From contig NZ_AQXG01000001.1 of the NCBI RefSeq assembly GCF_000375425.1, positions 561,176 through 593,175 of the forward strand: 32,000 nt of DNA, written 5' to 3'. Source of the DNA: Gracilimonas tropica DSM 19535 (GTDB lineage: Bacteria > Bacteroidota > Rhodothermia > Balneolales > Balneolaceae). This document shows, piece by piece, positions 9,077 through 17,432 of the stretch. Numbering within the stretch: position 1 is the first letter of the stretch; every line of letters starts with the position of its first letter. A program made the position numbers and the translations under genes. The notes beneath the pieces were generated by a model. It worked only from the letters and a program-made list of their open reading frames with translations, did not search any database and was not told where the DNA came from.

Positions 9077-9622
9077 CTAATTTTGTGGATTGTAGTTTTC
9101 ACCAATCAGTCCTTCTTTTTTCAACTGTTGTATCAGGTAGGGGATATTTGGGATTGGGACTTCATTGTCCATCTCAAGTGCAAGTCTCCATTGCTCGGTA
9201 AATTTTTCAATGTCTCCAAGCCCGAGATAAATACTCCCCCTAAGAGCCAGAATATCTGCTGTTTCCTTGATTTCCGCAGCTTTATTAATATGATATAATG
9301 CACTTTGAAATTTCCCCATATAAAATAGCCTCTGTGCGGAGGAATAGAAGGTAGTGATTCCGTTGGCCCGTCCCTGATATCGTTCACTCAGTTCCCGGAT
9401 ATATTGTTGTTCCAGTTCTTGCTGCCTTTTTTGGGCTTCCAGCTCTTCTAGTGTCAACTGAGCAGTGCTATCTGCACTCACAGAATCGACAGCCTGAGTT
9501 GTTTGTGTGCTTTCATCGGCAGATCTGTTTTTTTCTGAAGCACTGCAATTTATGCACAGAACTGAAATGCCTATGTACAATCCGGTTAATATCTTTCTCA
9601 AAGAGGAAATAACTGATACCAC
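9077..9622 (-). CDS. Secreted or lipoprotein-like coiled-coil plus TPR-like protein (181 aa)
   Basis: Hydrophobic N-terminus ending ..GISVLCINCSAS. Coiled-coil segment LEELEAQKRQQELEQQYIRELSERY. The TPR-like C-terminus is paralogous to the C-terminus of the 999-aa protein. GTG start at 9620-9622; an internal TTG giving MRKILTGLYIG.. is an alternative. Confidence 0.6.
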   Translation of the reverse strand: MVSVISSLRKILTGLYIGISVLCINCSASEKNRSADESTQTTQAVDSVSADSTAQLTLEELEAQKRQQELEQQYIRELSERYQGRANGITTFYSSAQRLFYMGKFQSALYHINKAAEIKETADILALRGSIYLGLGDIEKFTEQWRLALEMDNEVPIPNIPYLIQQLKKEGLIGENYNPQN

Positions 9623-9658
9623 TGATTTTTTAAATATTTAGCCCTTTTGAGGGAGAAG

Positions 9659-11530
9659 TTAATTCAATGCTTTACGAATAGCATCTATAACCATATGCTT
9701 GGCCTGTTCGCCTTTATCAGAATAATTCATCTGTTGAAGTTCCATACGTATCAGATGTTGTTCCCGTTTGGGACGAACAGATAAAAGTTTATCGGCAATT
9801 TCATTATCAAAGCTATAAACTGCTTCCAATAAAAGTTCTGTGGGGATGTGCGCAATGGCTCTCTTGATCAAAGAATGGCTCAGGTGTGGAATTTGATCAA
9901 TAGTGATGAATTGTTCCTCTATAATCCCTGCAACAGGCGATCCGGAAGCTTTCAATTGTTCTATATAGTTAGCCTGATCTTCTAAAGGCATTTGTTGAAT
10001 TATTCTCAGGATATTTTCAGTCCCTTGTTTTAGCTCTTTTTCTACCTCCAAAATATCCATGGCTTTAGAGAACAATCGGGAGGATATCTCTTTGTGTTCT
10101 TTGTACGAAAGAGTATGTAATTGGGCTATACCAAGCATGATATCGACTGTTCGGTCTTTGCCGATCTTATTCAACACTTGAGCCGCTTCGGATTCCGGAA
10201 GATAATCAATAAGCAAAGCTGAAGTGATCCTATCTTCTCCATGAAGAAGCTGCACAATATGATAATCTTTAAGGTGATCAAGAAACTGGAATAGCCCCAA
10301 TTGTTGATGCTTGGCCTTAGCTGATCCGCTTCCAAGTTTATTATTGAGTGCGTCGGCGAATTCGGCAATAGCCGGTTTTGTTGCCTCCGGCGACAAGGGT
10401 TCTGTCGAATTTAACTGGGCCTGAATAGTTTCAAAGTAGGCAGGTTTTAATTCTCTTTTGAGGGCTTTTATAAGGTGCCGGTCTACTGTTTGAATTATAT
10501 TCGAAGCTTTTTCAGCCCCTTTTTTGAGATCGTTTTCCATCCAAAATTCAAATAGCAAGGCGACTTCTTTTGGGTGGTTTAAAAATTGGTCGGTAACAAA
10601 TGTTGTCCCTGCATTGCTGTTGGTTACAGATGCCTTATGGTCATCAATAAAGTCTTCAGCCGAGGGTTGTTTGCTTCCTGGAATTCGTTCACGGGGAACA
10701 TGCATTTCGTGTTTAAGATCATCTCTCGATAATCCGGCTTTATGATCTTTTTTCGGCTGTTTTCTTGAAGGGGAATGAGTAAGCCTTCCAATCAACAAAG
10801 TCAGTCCAACCAAAAGCAGTAATACAAACCCCGGGATATAGTCTTTTACTGAACCCAATAAGGTTTCCCGGGCATCTGCCGGTTCTTCAATTCTGACAGG
10901 AGGGAGCGACTCAATCCCAAAGTCGGGCATGTTGATCAGGGTTATATTTACTTCATCGCCCCGTACTTCATTGATCTTAGCCGCTATCCCGGCTATTAAC
11001 CGCATAAATTCAACCCGATCTTGTTGCCGTGAGATTGAAGAATCAGCATATACGTTGACGCTCAGCTTTAGGATCTGCAACCTTTGTATGGTTTGCTCAT
11101 TTATGATCGTTTGGGTGGTTTCCTGATCATTACTTTGAACTTCTGCCGTCCTCCGGTTTTCTTCAGGTAGAAAAGGCAGACCCGGCATTATTACATTCTC
11201 CTGTTGAGTTCGTCCGCCTTTGATGATTTGATTTTGAGTGGTCTGGAAAGTCTCGTCTACAAATCGTGCATCGATGTTTATATCCACAAAAAACTTTCGG
11301 CTATCAAAGTAATTGGATAATACGTTCAGAACTTGAGCATCGAACTGTTGTTCAAGGGTAATTACTTTTAATTCCAATGACTCAGCGGTATTGGGTTGAG
11401 CATATGTTACCGTGAAGGGAAGGAGGAGAAGAAAAAACGGGAGTATCACTTTCCATAAATGCGAGAGCAAAGCATTGCAATACTGCTTTACTTTCGAACC
11501 ATTTTGAAATGTAAGTGATGCTATTCTCAT
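9659..11530 (-). CDS. Membrane-anchored protein with a FliF/YscJ-like periplasmic ring-building part, one TM, and a FliG middle/C-terminal-like cytoplasmic part (623 aa)
   Basis: Signal-like N-terminus VILPFFLLLLPFTVTYAQ. The periplasmic block LKLSVNVYADSSISRQQDRVEFMRLIAGIAAKINEVRGDEVNITLINMP resembles the FliF/YscJ motif. TM segment GFVLLLLVGLTLLIGRL. Cytoplasmic FLDHLKDYHIVQLLHGEDRITSALLIDYLPESEAAQVLNKIGKDRTVDIMLGIA is FliG_M/MgtE_N-like. FITIDQIPHLSHSLIKRAIAHIPTELLLEAVYSFDNEIADKLLSVRPKREQHLIRMEL..AKHMVIDAIRKAL is FliG_C-like. Its ATG overlaps the upstream stop as ATGA. The CDS is solid; the function is inferred. Confidence 0.6.
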   Translation of the reverse strand: MRIASLTFQNGSKVKQYCNALLSHLWKVILPFFLLLLPFTVTYAQPNTAESLELKVITLEQQFDAQVLNVLSNYFDSRKFFVDINIDARFVDETFQTTQNQIIKGGRTQQENVIMPGLPFLPEENRRTAEVQSNDQETTQTIINEQTIQRLQILKLSVNVYADSSISRQQDRVEFMRLIAGIAAKINEVRGDEVNITLINMPDFGIESLPPVRIEEPADARETLLGSVKDYIPGFVLLLLVGLTLLIGRLTHSPSRKQPKKDHKAGLSRDDLKHEMHVPRERIPGSKQPSAEDFIDDHKASVTNSNAGTTFVTDQFLNHPKEVALLFEFWMENDLKKGAEKASNIIQTVDRHLIKALKRELKPAYFETIQAQLNSTEPLSPEATKPAIAEFADALNNKLGSGSAKAKHQQLGLFQFLDHLKDYHIVQLLHGEDRITSALLIDYLPESEAAQVLNKIGKDRTVDIMLGIAQLHTLSYKEHKEISSRLFSKAMDILEVEKELKQGTENILRIIQQMPLEDQANYIEQLKASGSPVAGIIEEQFITIDQIPHLSHSLIKRAIAHIPTELLLEAVYSFDNEIADKLLSVRPKREQHLIRMELQQMNYSDKGEQAKHMVIDAIRKALN

Positions 11531-14526
11531 TTAGGAGTACTTTCCGCTTCAGGTATTACCATTCTGTCTAATTGTTCCATATCCGGAATGTAAATATCCG
11601 GATCGTATTTTTTTGCTAAATCCCAATAAGATCTAGCATTTTCCTTCTCATTATTCAAGTAAGCCAAACTTCCTTTTAAAGCATAACCTTGAGCAGTTTC
11701 AAAAATATTCAGTGATTCATTAACAAGACTCATTGCCCGGCTCAGGTTCTTATTATAGAAAGCATTTTGTGCTTTAATAATCAATCTTAAAACTTCATCC
11801 AAATTTTGATCAAGTTCAGATTCCAATGCCAACATTTTTTCGTCCGTTTTTATCTCATTGGGAATGGCCTCTGCAGTAATAGGGGAGGCCTCAACTTCCG
11901 GCACTTCATAATCCTGAGGGACTACTAAAAAAGAAAGTCCTTCCACAAAATCCCCTTCCGGTATAGCTTCAACTTCAAATTTCAGACGTTCAGGTATCGA
12001 CTTAGATTGCAATTGTTGAAGATTACCCCGGTCAATTTCGAGACTATATGAACCCGGAGGCACTTCCCATTCATAAAAACTTCCGTCAGAGAATGTTCTT
12101 AATTCTTTAGCAAAATCTCCGTTAGAATCTGATAATCTTAGCTTTAATCCTCCGATCCCGGTTTTACTGCTATCATCTCTCATTCTTTCCACAAATCCAT
12201 CAATAACCCCAGACATATAAAATGGAATTTCCACCTTCTTAAAGCGATTTGGATCGGTGATGAGTCCAAATTTTTCAAATTCCGGAACCAGCATAGGATT
12301 CTGAATGGCGGCTTTATTCATTTCCATATTGTAATAGAAATAGGGCTGCATCTGGGTATAATAAAGAATTCCATCTTTAGACTGACTGATCGCTCCGGAT
12401 CGCTGGATTCTTACGGCATTTCCTTTAATGGGGTCGTCTCCATCGTCAAAGGTGCCATTGTTATTGTTATCCACAAAAAGCTGTATAGCAGTACCAGAAC
12501 GGCCAACCTGATCGCGGCTGGTAAAGAGGAAGTTGTTGTAGTTGGTGTCATACCCGATAGAACCTCGAATATTTTGTGTGAGATTGTTATTCCCACTTAC
12601 ATTATTAAAGGTGGTGTTGGTTCTTACTTTATCGAAATCTATCACGAAGCTAAAGCGGATCGTATTAAAGTCTCGGGCAAAATTCCGGCCTACAGATAAC
12701 TGGAACTGCCCCTTGTTAAATAGGTTTCTGGATACAAGAAATTCAGCAGATTCGAATTGATCCACAGTAGGCTGGTACCTCATTTGTGCTCTCAGGAAAA
12801 CACCCCGCATAAAATTGGGAAGGTTCCTGTTTCTGGAGATGTTATAAGTAGCAGAACTTTCGAAGAAAGCTGTTTGAGTTGGATTGAATGGATCGAAGGT
12901 ACCGGTGTATCGATCGCTGTATCCAATCCGAACATTCATTCTTCCAATTCTGGTATTCGCATCTAAGCGAAAGGAGGTATTACTGGTGTTAGTTCGGAAC
13001 CGGGAAAAAGCTGATGCTCTTAAATTGAAGGGTAATCCACCAAAATTAAATGGATAAAAAACACTGCTTACTAAACGTTTATCATCATTGGAGGGATTGT
13101 ATACTCCAAAACCACTTGTGAAATCCGTGTAATCTATGTTTATGCTTGCGGAATTCGGGTAGATGACGTTCAATAATCCCCTGTAATAAGCTTGAGAAGC
13201 TGCTTCAAGGGTTAACAGGTAATTAGAAGAAATTCTCGAAGATACACTGCCCGTAAAAGTCGGGAGATCAGTATGATATCCTTGAAAAAACTCTATACCT
13301 GCCTTAGCCGTGAGCCAGTCGGTGACACCATAAGCACCGTTACCCTGGGCAGTGAACTGCTGTGAAGTTTCTCCAAAAATAGGATTGTCTAACTGACCGG
13401 CATTGATCGTGTAGTTAAACACTCCCTGAGGCTGGAAAGTAAAAGGAATCTGTATACGATCGGAACGCTCAATGACCTGACCGGTAGGACCGTAAATTCT
13501 CAGGTCAAGTTGGGAGGTTCCATAAGAAACAGGGGTAAGAAATCGGTAATTACCTAATTCATCAGCTTCCTGAAAATCGATCAAAGCGTTGTTCATGTAT
13601 AGTTCCACTTCAGATTCCGGGATTGTGCTTCCTTGAACTACAAACTCATCAAACATCCTTCGGGGCTCAATAGGCTCATTTGATAATCGAACCCCGGTGT
13701 ATGAATTTCTTGTAAAACCGTCAGTTGTGGTTTGTCCGATGGTGAGTTTTGTCAACCAGGGCTGATCCCGGAACATATATCGCCAGCGAAGATTGTCGGT
13801 GGCAAAGTTGGTAAAATTATCCGAGTAGCTTCCGAAAATTGAACCCTGAAGATCTCCTCCGTAAAGCTGAATACCCAGATTGGTATTAAAATTATACACT
13901 TGGTTATTGGGGGTTGCGTTTGCAGAAATATTGTAATCTACAAAACCGCCATCTAGGAAGGGGCGCTGGCGGTCGTACATCAAATCATATTTGGTATCCT
14001 GAAGGCGATTTCGGTCCGCTACTTGCCTACGTTGAGATCGTATAGCCTGTTCTATTGCAGGCAGTTCCTGATTGGTTTGTAAGTTCAGGGTTAGATTGTT
14101 GAAGTTTATGGTAAAATCAAGTCCAAATGCTTCATAGAATACCTCAGCCCGCAAATAACTGTCAATTTCTCTGAGGATATAATCATCAACGGTAAGCTCA
14201 ATGGTTTTGTCTCCGAAACGGATCTGATTGGCTTGGAGATTAATACGATAGGGAGTTTGATCGACTCCAAATTTCCCTTCAATGACGAGTCCGTTAACAT
14301 TCTTGTCGATATTGAAAAGGCTGAAAAGTTCTGAGACGGGGAGATAGAACTCGTCATTCTTATAGTAAGAAATAACAACGGTGTTGATAACACCACGGTG
14401 ACGGAAGTCTAAGTAAACCTCAAAAACATCTTCGTCATTATTTTGTGCAGAAGCATCATTTGGGAAGAAGCCAATACAAAAAATGAAAGAGAATATGATT
14501 GATATTGAAGACTTCCATCGGTACAC
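11527..14526 (-). CDS. Usher-like outer-membrane protein with extra CarboxypepD_reg-like and TPR-like C-terminal modules (999 aa)
   Basis: Signal peptide ..FFPNDASAQ. VELYMNNALIDFQEADELGNYRFLTPVSYGTSQLDLRIYGPTGQVIERS resembles the usher plug/middle-domain pattern. A long region of alternating Gly/aromatic/Asn residues is typical of a beta-barrel. GIGGLKLRLSDSNGDFAKELRTFSDGSFYEWEVPPGSYSL is carboxypeptidase-regulatory-like. The C-terminus is TPR-like. GTG start 1 nt after the chaperone stop. Confidence 0.55.
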   Translation of the reverse strand: MYRWKSSISIIFSFIFCIGFFPNDASAQNNDEDVFEVYLDFRHRGVINTVVISYYKNDEFYLPVSELFSLFNIDKNVNGLVIEGKFGVDQTPYRINLQANQIRFGDKTIELTVDDYILREIDSYLRAEVFYEAFGLDFTINFNNLTLNLQTNQELPAIEQAIRSQRRQVADRNRLQDTKYDLMYDRQRPFLDGGFVDYNISANATPNNQVYNFNTNLGIQLYGGDLQGSIFGSYSDNFTNFATDNLRWRYMFRDQPWLTKLTIGQTTTDGFTRNSYTGVRLSNEPIEPRRMFDEFVVQGSTIPESEVELYMNNALIDFQEADELGNYRFLTPVSYGTSQLDLRIYGPTGQVIERSDRIQIPFTFQPQGVFNYTINAGQLDNPIFGETSQQFTAQGNGAYGVTDWLTAKAGIEFFQGYHTDLPTFTGSVSSRISSNYLLTLEAASQAYYRGLLNVIYPNSASINIDYTDFTSGFGVYNPSNDDKRLVSSVFYPFNFGGLPFNLRASAFSRFRTNTSNTSFRLDANTRIGRMNVRIGYSDRYTGTFDPFNPTQTAFFESSATYNISRNRNLPNFMRGVFLRAQMRYQPTVDQFESAEFLVSRNLFNKGQFQLSVGRNFARDFNTIRFSFVIDFDKVRTNTTFNNVSGNNNLTQNIRGSIGYDTNYNNFLFTSRDQVGRSGTAIQLFVDNNNNGTFDDGDDPIKGNAVRIQRSGAISQSKDGILYYTQMQPYFYYNMEMNKAAIQNPMLVPEFEKFGLITDPNRFKKVEIPFYMSGVIDGFVERMRDDSSKTGIGGLKLRLSDSNGDFAKELRTFSDGSFYEWEVPPGSYSLEIDRGNLQQLQSKSIPERLKFEVEAIPEGDFVEGLSFLVVPQDYEVPEVEASPITAEAIPNEIKTDEKMLALESELDQNLDEVLRLIIKAQNAFYNKNLSRAMSLVNESLNIFETAQGYALKGSLAYLNNEKENARSYWDLAKKYDPDIYIPDMEQLDRMVIPEAESTPK

Positions 14527-14527
14527 G

Positions 14528-15358
14528 TCAGGGGATAGTTACGGTCGTGGTTGCAGTTTCCGGTTCCATTTGAACTAAATCTGTCGGAGAAATATCGCTT
14601 CTGCGTGTTTCGAAAGTAACTTCTACTTGGTATTGACCTGGAGTTAACTCGCTTATATCTACAACTTCACTATGTACTCCATCGAAGTAGAAACTAGTGG
14701 AAGAAAATTTAGAAACTAAAACTTGGCCATCTTTCTTAATGTTAGTTTTTACAGATCCAAGAAAGGGAGAGTTGCCTCCTTTCTTGAACTTAGTTATTAA
14801 CTGTAATTCTCCATTTGAAACAGTACCTTTTTCAATATTCTCAATCATTATATCAGTCGTAGTATTACCGACTTTATAGAAAATACCAGATACTTGAGTA
14901 ATAACTACTCCTATATTAGCTCCAACACCTTGTTCATCACTAAGTTCTACAGGAGCACTTTCTGACTGAGAAATGGTTTTTAATCTAGTCCAGTATGTCC
15001 CATCATTTACTTTATTAGAACCTATTATTCTTAATCTAACAACTTGTCTTTGGCTAGGCTGCAATACGAAGTTTTTCGGGAAAGCCCTGATATCATCTGC
15101 TATCGAATACTTTTGAGCCAGAGCAGAGTCCTCATAAGTTGTTGTTTTATTCCCTTCCTCATCAGTTATAAAATACCCGAATGTAGTTTCAATGCTAATT
15201 TCTTGAGATTCACTAGAATTATTGATGACCATGAAGGTACCGAATTTAGAATCTTCTGTCAGAAACACATTAGTTGGAGCTATAGAAACTTGAGCAAAAG
15301 TAAGTACTGGGAGAATTGTTACAAGTAAAATTAACGAAAATGACTTTCTGAAATTCAT
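14528..15358 (-). CDS. PapD/CsuC-like periplasmic fimbrial chaperone (276 aa)
   Basis: Signal peptide ..LPVLTFAQ. VSIAPTNVFLTEDSKFGTFMVINNSSESQEISIE and IRAFPKNFVLQPSQRQVVRLRI match the two signature strands of pilus chaperones (..P..v.. ..v.N.s.. and f.v.P..f.l.p...q.vR+). The size fits two Ig-like domains. Confidence 0.6.
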   Translation of the reverse strand: MNFRKSFSLILLVTILPVLTFAQVSIAPTNVFLTEDSKFGTFMVINNSSESQEISIETTFGYFITDEEGNKTTTYEDSALAQKYSIADDIRAFPKNFVLQPSQRQVVRLRIIGSNKVNDGTYWTRLKTISQSESAPVELSDEQGVGANIGVVITQVSGIFYKVGNTTTDIMIENIEKGTVSNGELQLITKFKKGGNSPFLGSVKTNIKKDGQVLVSKFSSTSFYFDGVHSEVVDISELTPGQYQVEVTFETRRSDISPTDLVQMEPETATTTVTIP

Positions 15359-15440
15359 GGCTGTACTTATTATTTCACTTTGATAAGATAAGCTAAAGTA
15401 TAATTCATTATTTCCAATTTTACATCATTAATGGTTAGCT

Positions 15441-15477
15441 AAAAAAAAAGTCCCATAATCATTATGGAACTTTTTTT
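15441..15477 (-). terminator. Intrinsic terminator between the putative major subunit gene and the chaperone gene
   Basis: The minus-strand RNA reads GUUCCAU-AAUGAUU-AUGGGAC (7-bp stem with one G-U pair) followed by U9. An A7 tract upstream makes it potentially bidirectional. Confidence 0.7.
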
Positions 15478-15492
15478 GAAAGTTTAAAAAAC

Positions 15493-16041
15493 TTATTGAT
15501 AACTAACAGAAACATTGAGTGGGCCAGAGCCACCATCACCAGTATCTGAACTATATACTCCGGTTGTTGCACCATTTAATGAACCCAAGTTACCACCAAT
15601 GTAGATATAGAGAGCTCCAGTAGCAGATGTTTCACTAACAGTATTAGCAGTGTTTTTTGTCACATCACTTGAAGATGCAATTGCGTCAGTACTATTAGCT
15701 GAAATATCAGGTGTAAAAAGGATAGTATTACTATTTCCATCTCCTAGAGTTACTGTGGTCTGATCCCAATCAATAAGTAATTGGGTTTCGTTTGGACCAC
15801 TTACAGTGAGCTTACCAAATGCACTTCCACCCCCAACATCAGCGGTATTTGTACCTTGGGGATCCAATACTGGTGAGGAAGTTGCAGAAATAACTCCAAA
15901 ATCAACATCAGCATTTTTTGTGACAGTAATTGCAGCTTGAACGTCAGCAGCAATACTAACATCGGCTGATTGCGCATAAGCGCCTGCTGAGAATACAGCG
16001 GCTACGGCAAAAACGGTTAAAAGTGTTTTGAGCGTTTTCAT
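15493..16041 (-). CDS. DUF4402/SCPU-like fimbrial subunit, candidate major subunit (182 aa)
   Basis: I moved the start to the ATG at 16039-16041, giving the signal peptide MKTLKTLLTVFAVAAVFSAGAYAQ. The mature part is rich in Thr/Ser/Gly/Ala/Asn. It has the VDFG motif near the N-terminus and the C-terminal YIYIGGNLG....GVYS...LNVSVSYQ shared with the three upstream paralogs. It is monocistronic, flanked by hairpin terminators. Confidence 0.7.
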   Translation of the reverse strand: MKTLKTLLTVFAVAAVFSAGAYAQSADVSIAADVQAAITVTKNADVDFGVISATSSPVLDPQGTNTADVGGGSAFGKLTVSGPNETQLLIDWDQTTVTLGDGNSNTILFTPDISANSTDAIASSSDVTKNTANTVSETSATGALYIYIGGNLGSLNGATTGVYSSDTGDGGSGPLNVSVSYQ

Positions 16042-16082
16042 AATCGTGAGATTTAGTTTTATTGTTGTTTTAAATTCTGTGA

Positions 16083-16113
16083 TAAAATTATCGAAGTCTT
16101 TTACTTCATCCAA
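16083..16113 (-). promoter_or_regulatory. Candidate Bacteroidota-type promoter for the major subunit gene
   Basis: The minus strand reads TTG-N20-TAATTTTA, compared with the consensus TTG-N19-TAnnTTTG as I remember it. It lies ~45 nt upstream of the ATG. This is a pattern match only. Confidence 0.25.
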
Positions 16114-16163
16114 GTTAGATAGCTTTAATTAAAAGGGTCTAACTGTTTGCTGAAACCTGACTT

Positions 16164-16222
16164 AAAAAGTCTTAGATGACAATTTTGTCTGACCTAAAAT
16201 AAACATGTCTCATCAGACTTTT
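16164..16222 (-). terminator. Imperfect long hairpin / possible terminator after the three-gene minor-subunit block
   Basis: Inverted repeat AAAAGTCTtaGATGACA ... TGTCTCATCAGACTTTT: about 13 bp with bulges and a T-run on the minus-strand 3' side. Confidence 0.35.
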
Positions 16223-16258
16223 ATTTAGAGTTCTTTAATCTTTCTTGTGTTAGAGCCA

Positions 16259-16786
16259 TCAATCATAATCCACCGAAAGAACAATGTCGCCGGTATAAAC
16301 TCCATTGGGAACGTTGCCAACGTTTATGGCACCATATACATAGATGTACATGATCTTCCAGATATCATTGCGGCTTTCCAGGCGGGTGTCTTCATGAATG
16401 GAAACCATTCCGTTGTTATCCGACAGGATATCGGCTCCATTAATACTGTTTTGGCCTGTATTGTTGTATGCCATATTCAGTTCCAGAGGAATTTCAGCTT
16501 CGTTAGCTGGATTATCACTTTCAAGAGATTCGGGATACTGTAAAGTGAGATATACATTTTGGGTATGGAAGGCTTTAATGCTAAAAACCCCCATGTTGAT
16601 GTCCCCAAGCTGGATCTCGGTTCTCCCCGAATTAGTCACCTGAGTTCCAAAGTCAAGATCCTGCTCCACGGTAGCACTTAATTCCGGTTCAACCTTTAGC
16701 TGTAAATTGATGAACTGTGCAGATGTAGGAGAAACATAACAAGCTGAAAAAAGGAAAAGTAATATGATATTTCGAATCTTAATCAT
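16259..16786 (-). CDS. DUF4402/SCPU-like fimbrial subunit paralog (175 aa)
   Basis: Signal peptide ..YVSPTSAQ. LDFG motif. C-terminus MYIYVYGAINVGNVPNGVYTGDIVLSVDYD. The start overlaps the upstream stop by 8 nt (ATGATTAA). Confidence 0.7.
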   Translation of the reverse strand: MIKIRNIILLFLFSACYVSPTSAQFINLQLKVEPELSATVEQDLDFGTQVTNSGRTEIQLGDINMGVFSIKAFHTQNVYLTLQYPESLESDNPANEAEIPLELNMAYNNTGQNSINGADILSDNNGMVSIHEDTRLESRNDIWKIMYIYVYGAINVGNVPNGVYTGDIVLSVDYD

Positions 16787-17432
16787 AAGAAACGGTTATA
16801 GTAATCTCGCCGGAGTAACTTCCTGCATCTACGTTGCCCACATTTAAGGAGCCATAAATATAGATGTAAGCGGTCTCGTTAAATAGAGCCGGATTGTATC
16901 CTTCATAAACCGGGGTAGGAGGAGGTCCGGGTGGTTGATTTCCTCTCGCTAAAATAGGGAATTGTGCACTGGCAACATTAGAAGCTATCTGCATCAAAAC
17001 CGCCTGATTGGTGTTGTTTGATCCCCGGTTTGCATAAGCAGCTTGCAGCGTAAATGGAATGCAATTGGTGTTGGTTCCATTACAGGCCACGTCTGAGTCG
17101 AGGAAGAGATAATTGTCAGCTGTGATATCGACAATGACATCCAGGTATTTGACGCCCTCAATCATTAATATTTTGGCGTCTACAAGATCAATGGATTTAA
17201 CTCCTTCATTTTGAATAACGGTTCCAAATTCCAAATCTTCAGCTGGGTTGAGTTCAGAAAGAGTGACAGCATATTTGCTGCTGAAATCACCAAAATCTAT
17301 TTCCTGGGCTTTCAGCGAAACAGAAGATAGTTGAGTCGTAAAAACCATGATAAGAAGAAACAGAAAACCCGTTCTGCAAATGAATAAAGCAGATCCGAGT
17401 AGTGCATTATTTCGTTTCTTTTTATTTATCAT
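16779..17432 (-). CDS. DUF4402/SCPU-like fimbrial subunit paralog with a Pro-rich insert (217 aa)
   Basis: Signal/TM segment ..FLLIMVFTTQLSSVSLKAQ. LEFG motif. Insert GNQPPGPPPTPVYEGY. C-terminus AYIYIYGSLNVGNVDAGSYSGEITITVSYD. ATGA overlap with the upstream gene. Confidence 0.7.
   Translation of the reverse strand: MINKKKRNNALLGSALFICRTGFLFLLIMVFTTQLSSVSLKAQEIDFGDFSSKYAVTLSELNPAEDLEFGTVIQNEGVKSIDLVDAKILMIEGVKYLDVIVDITADNYLFLDSDVACNGTNTNCIPFTLQAAYANRGSNNTNQAVLMQIASNVASAQFPILARGNQPPGPPPTPVYEGYNPALFNETAYIYIYGSLNVGNVDAGSYSGEITITVSYD

Noticed and set aside
6743-11530. Interpretation as part of an ordinary flagellar operon
   Set aside because: - No fliM/fliN, flhA/flhB/fliPQR, rod, hook, flagellin or fliA genes are present in 32 kb.
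- The FliG-like protein is membrane-anchored and twice the normal size.
- MotB carries SPOR domains.
- The genes are translationally coupled to a chaperone/usher pair.

This cannot be fully excluded without the rest of the genome.
9083-14396. Overlapping small ORFs inside the TPR, FliG-like and usher-like genes (9083..9298, 9133..9387, 10171..10368, 10524..10745, 10929..11126, 12411..12596, 12542..12760, 12757..12966, 14106..14396)
   Set aside because: Each is nested in a longer ORF with signal peptides, TM segments or domain motifs. None has an independent start context or recognisable features.
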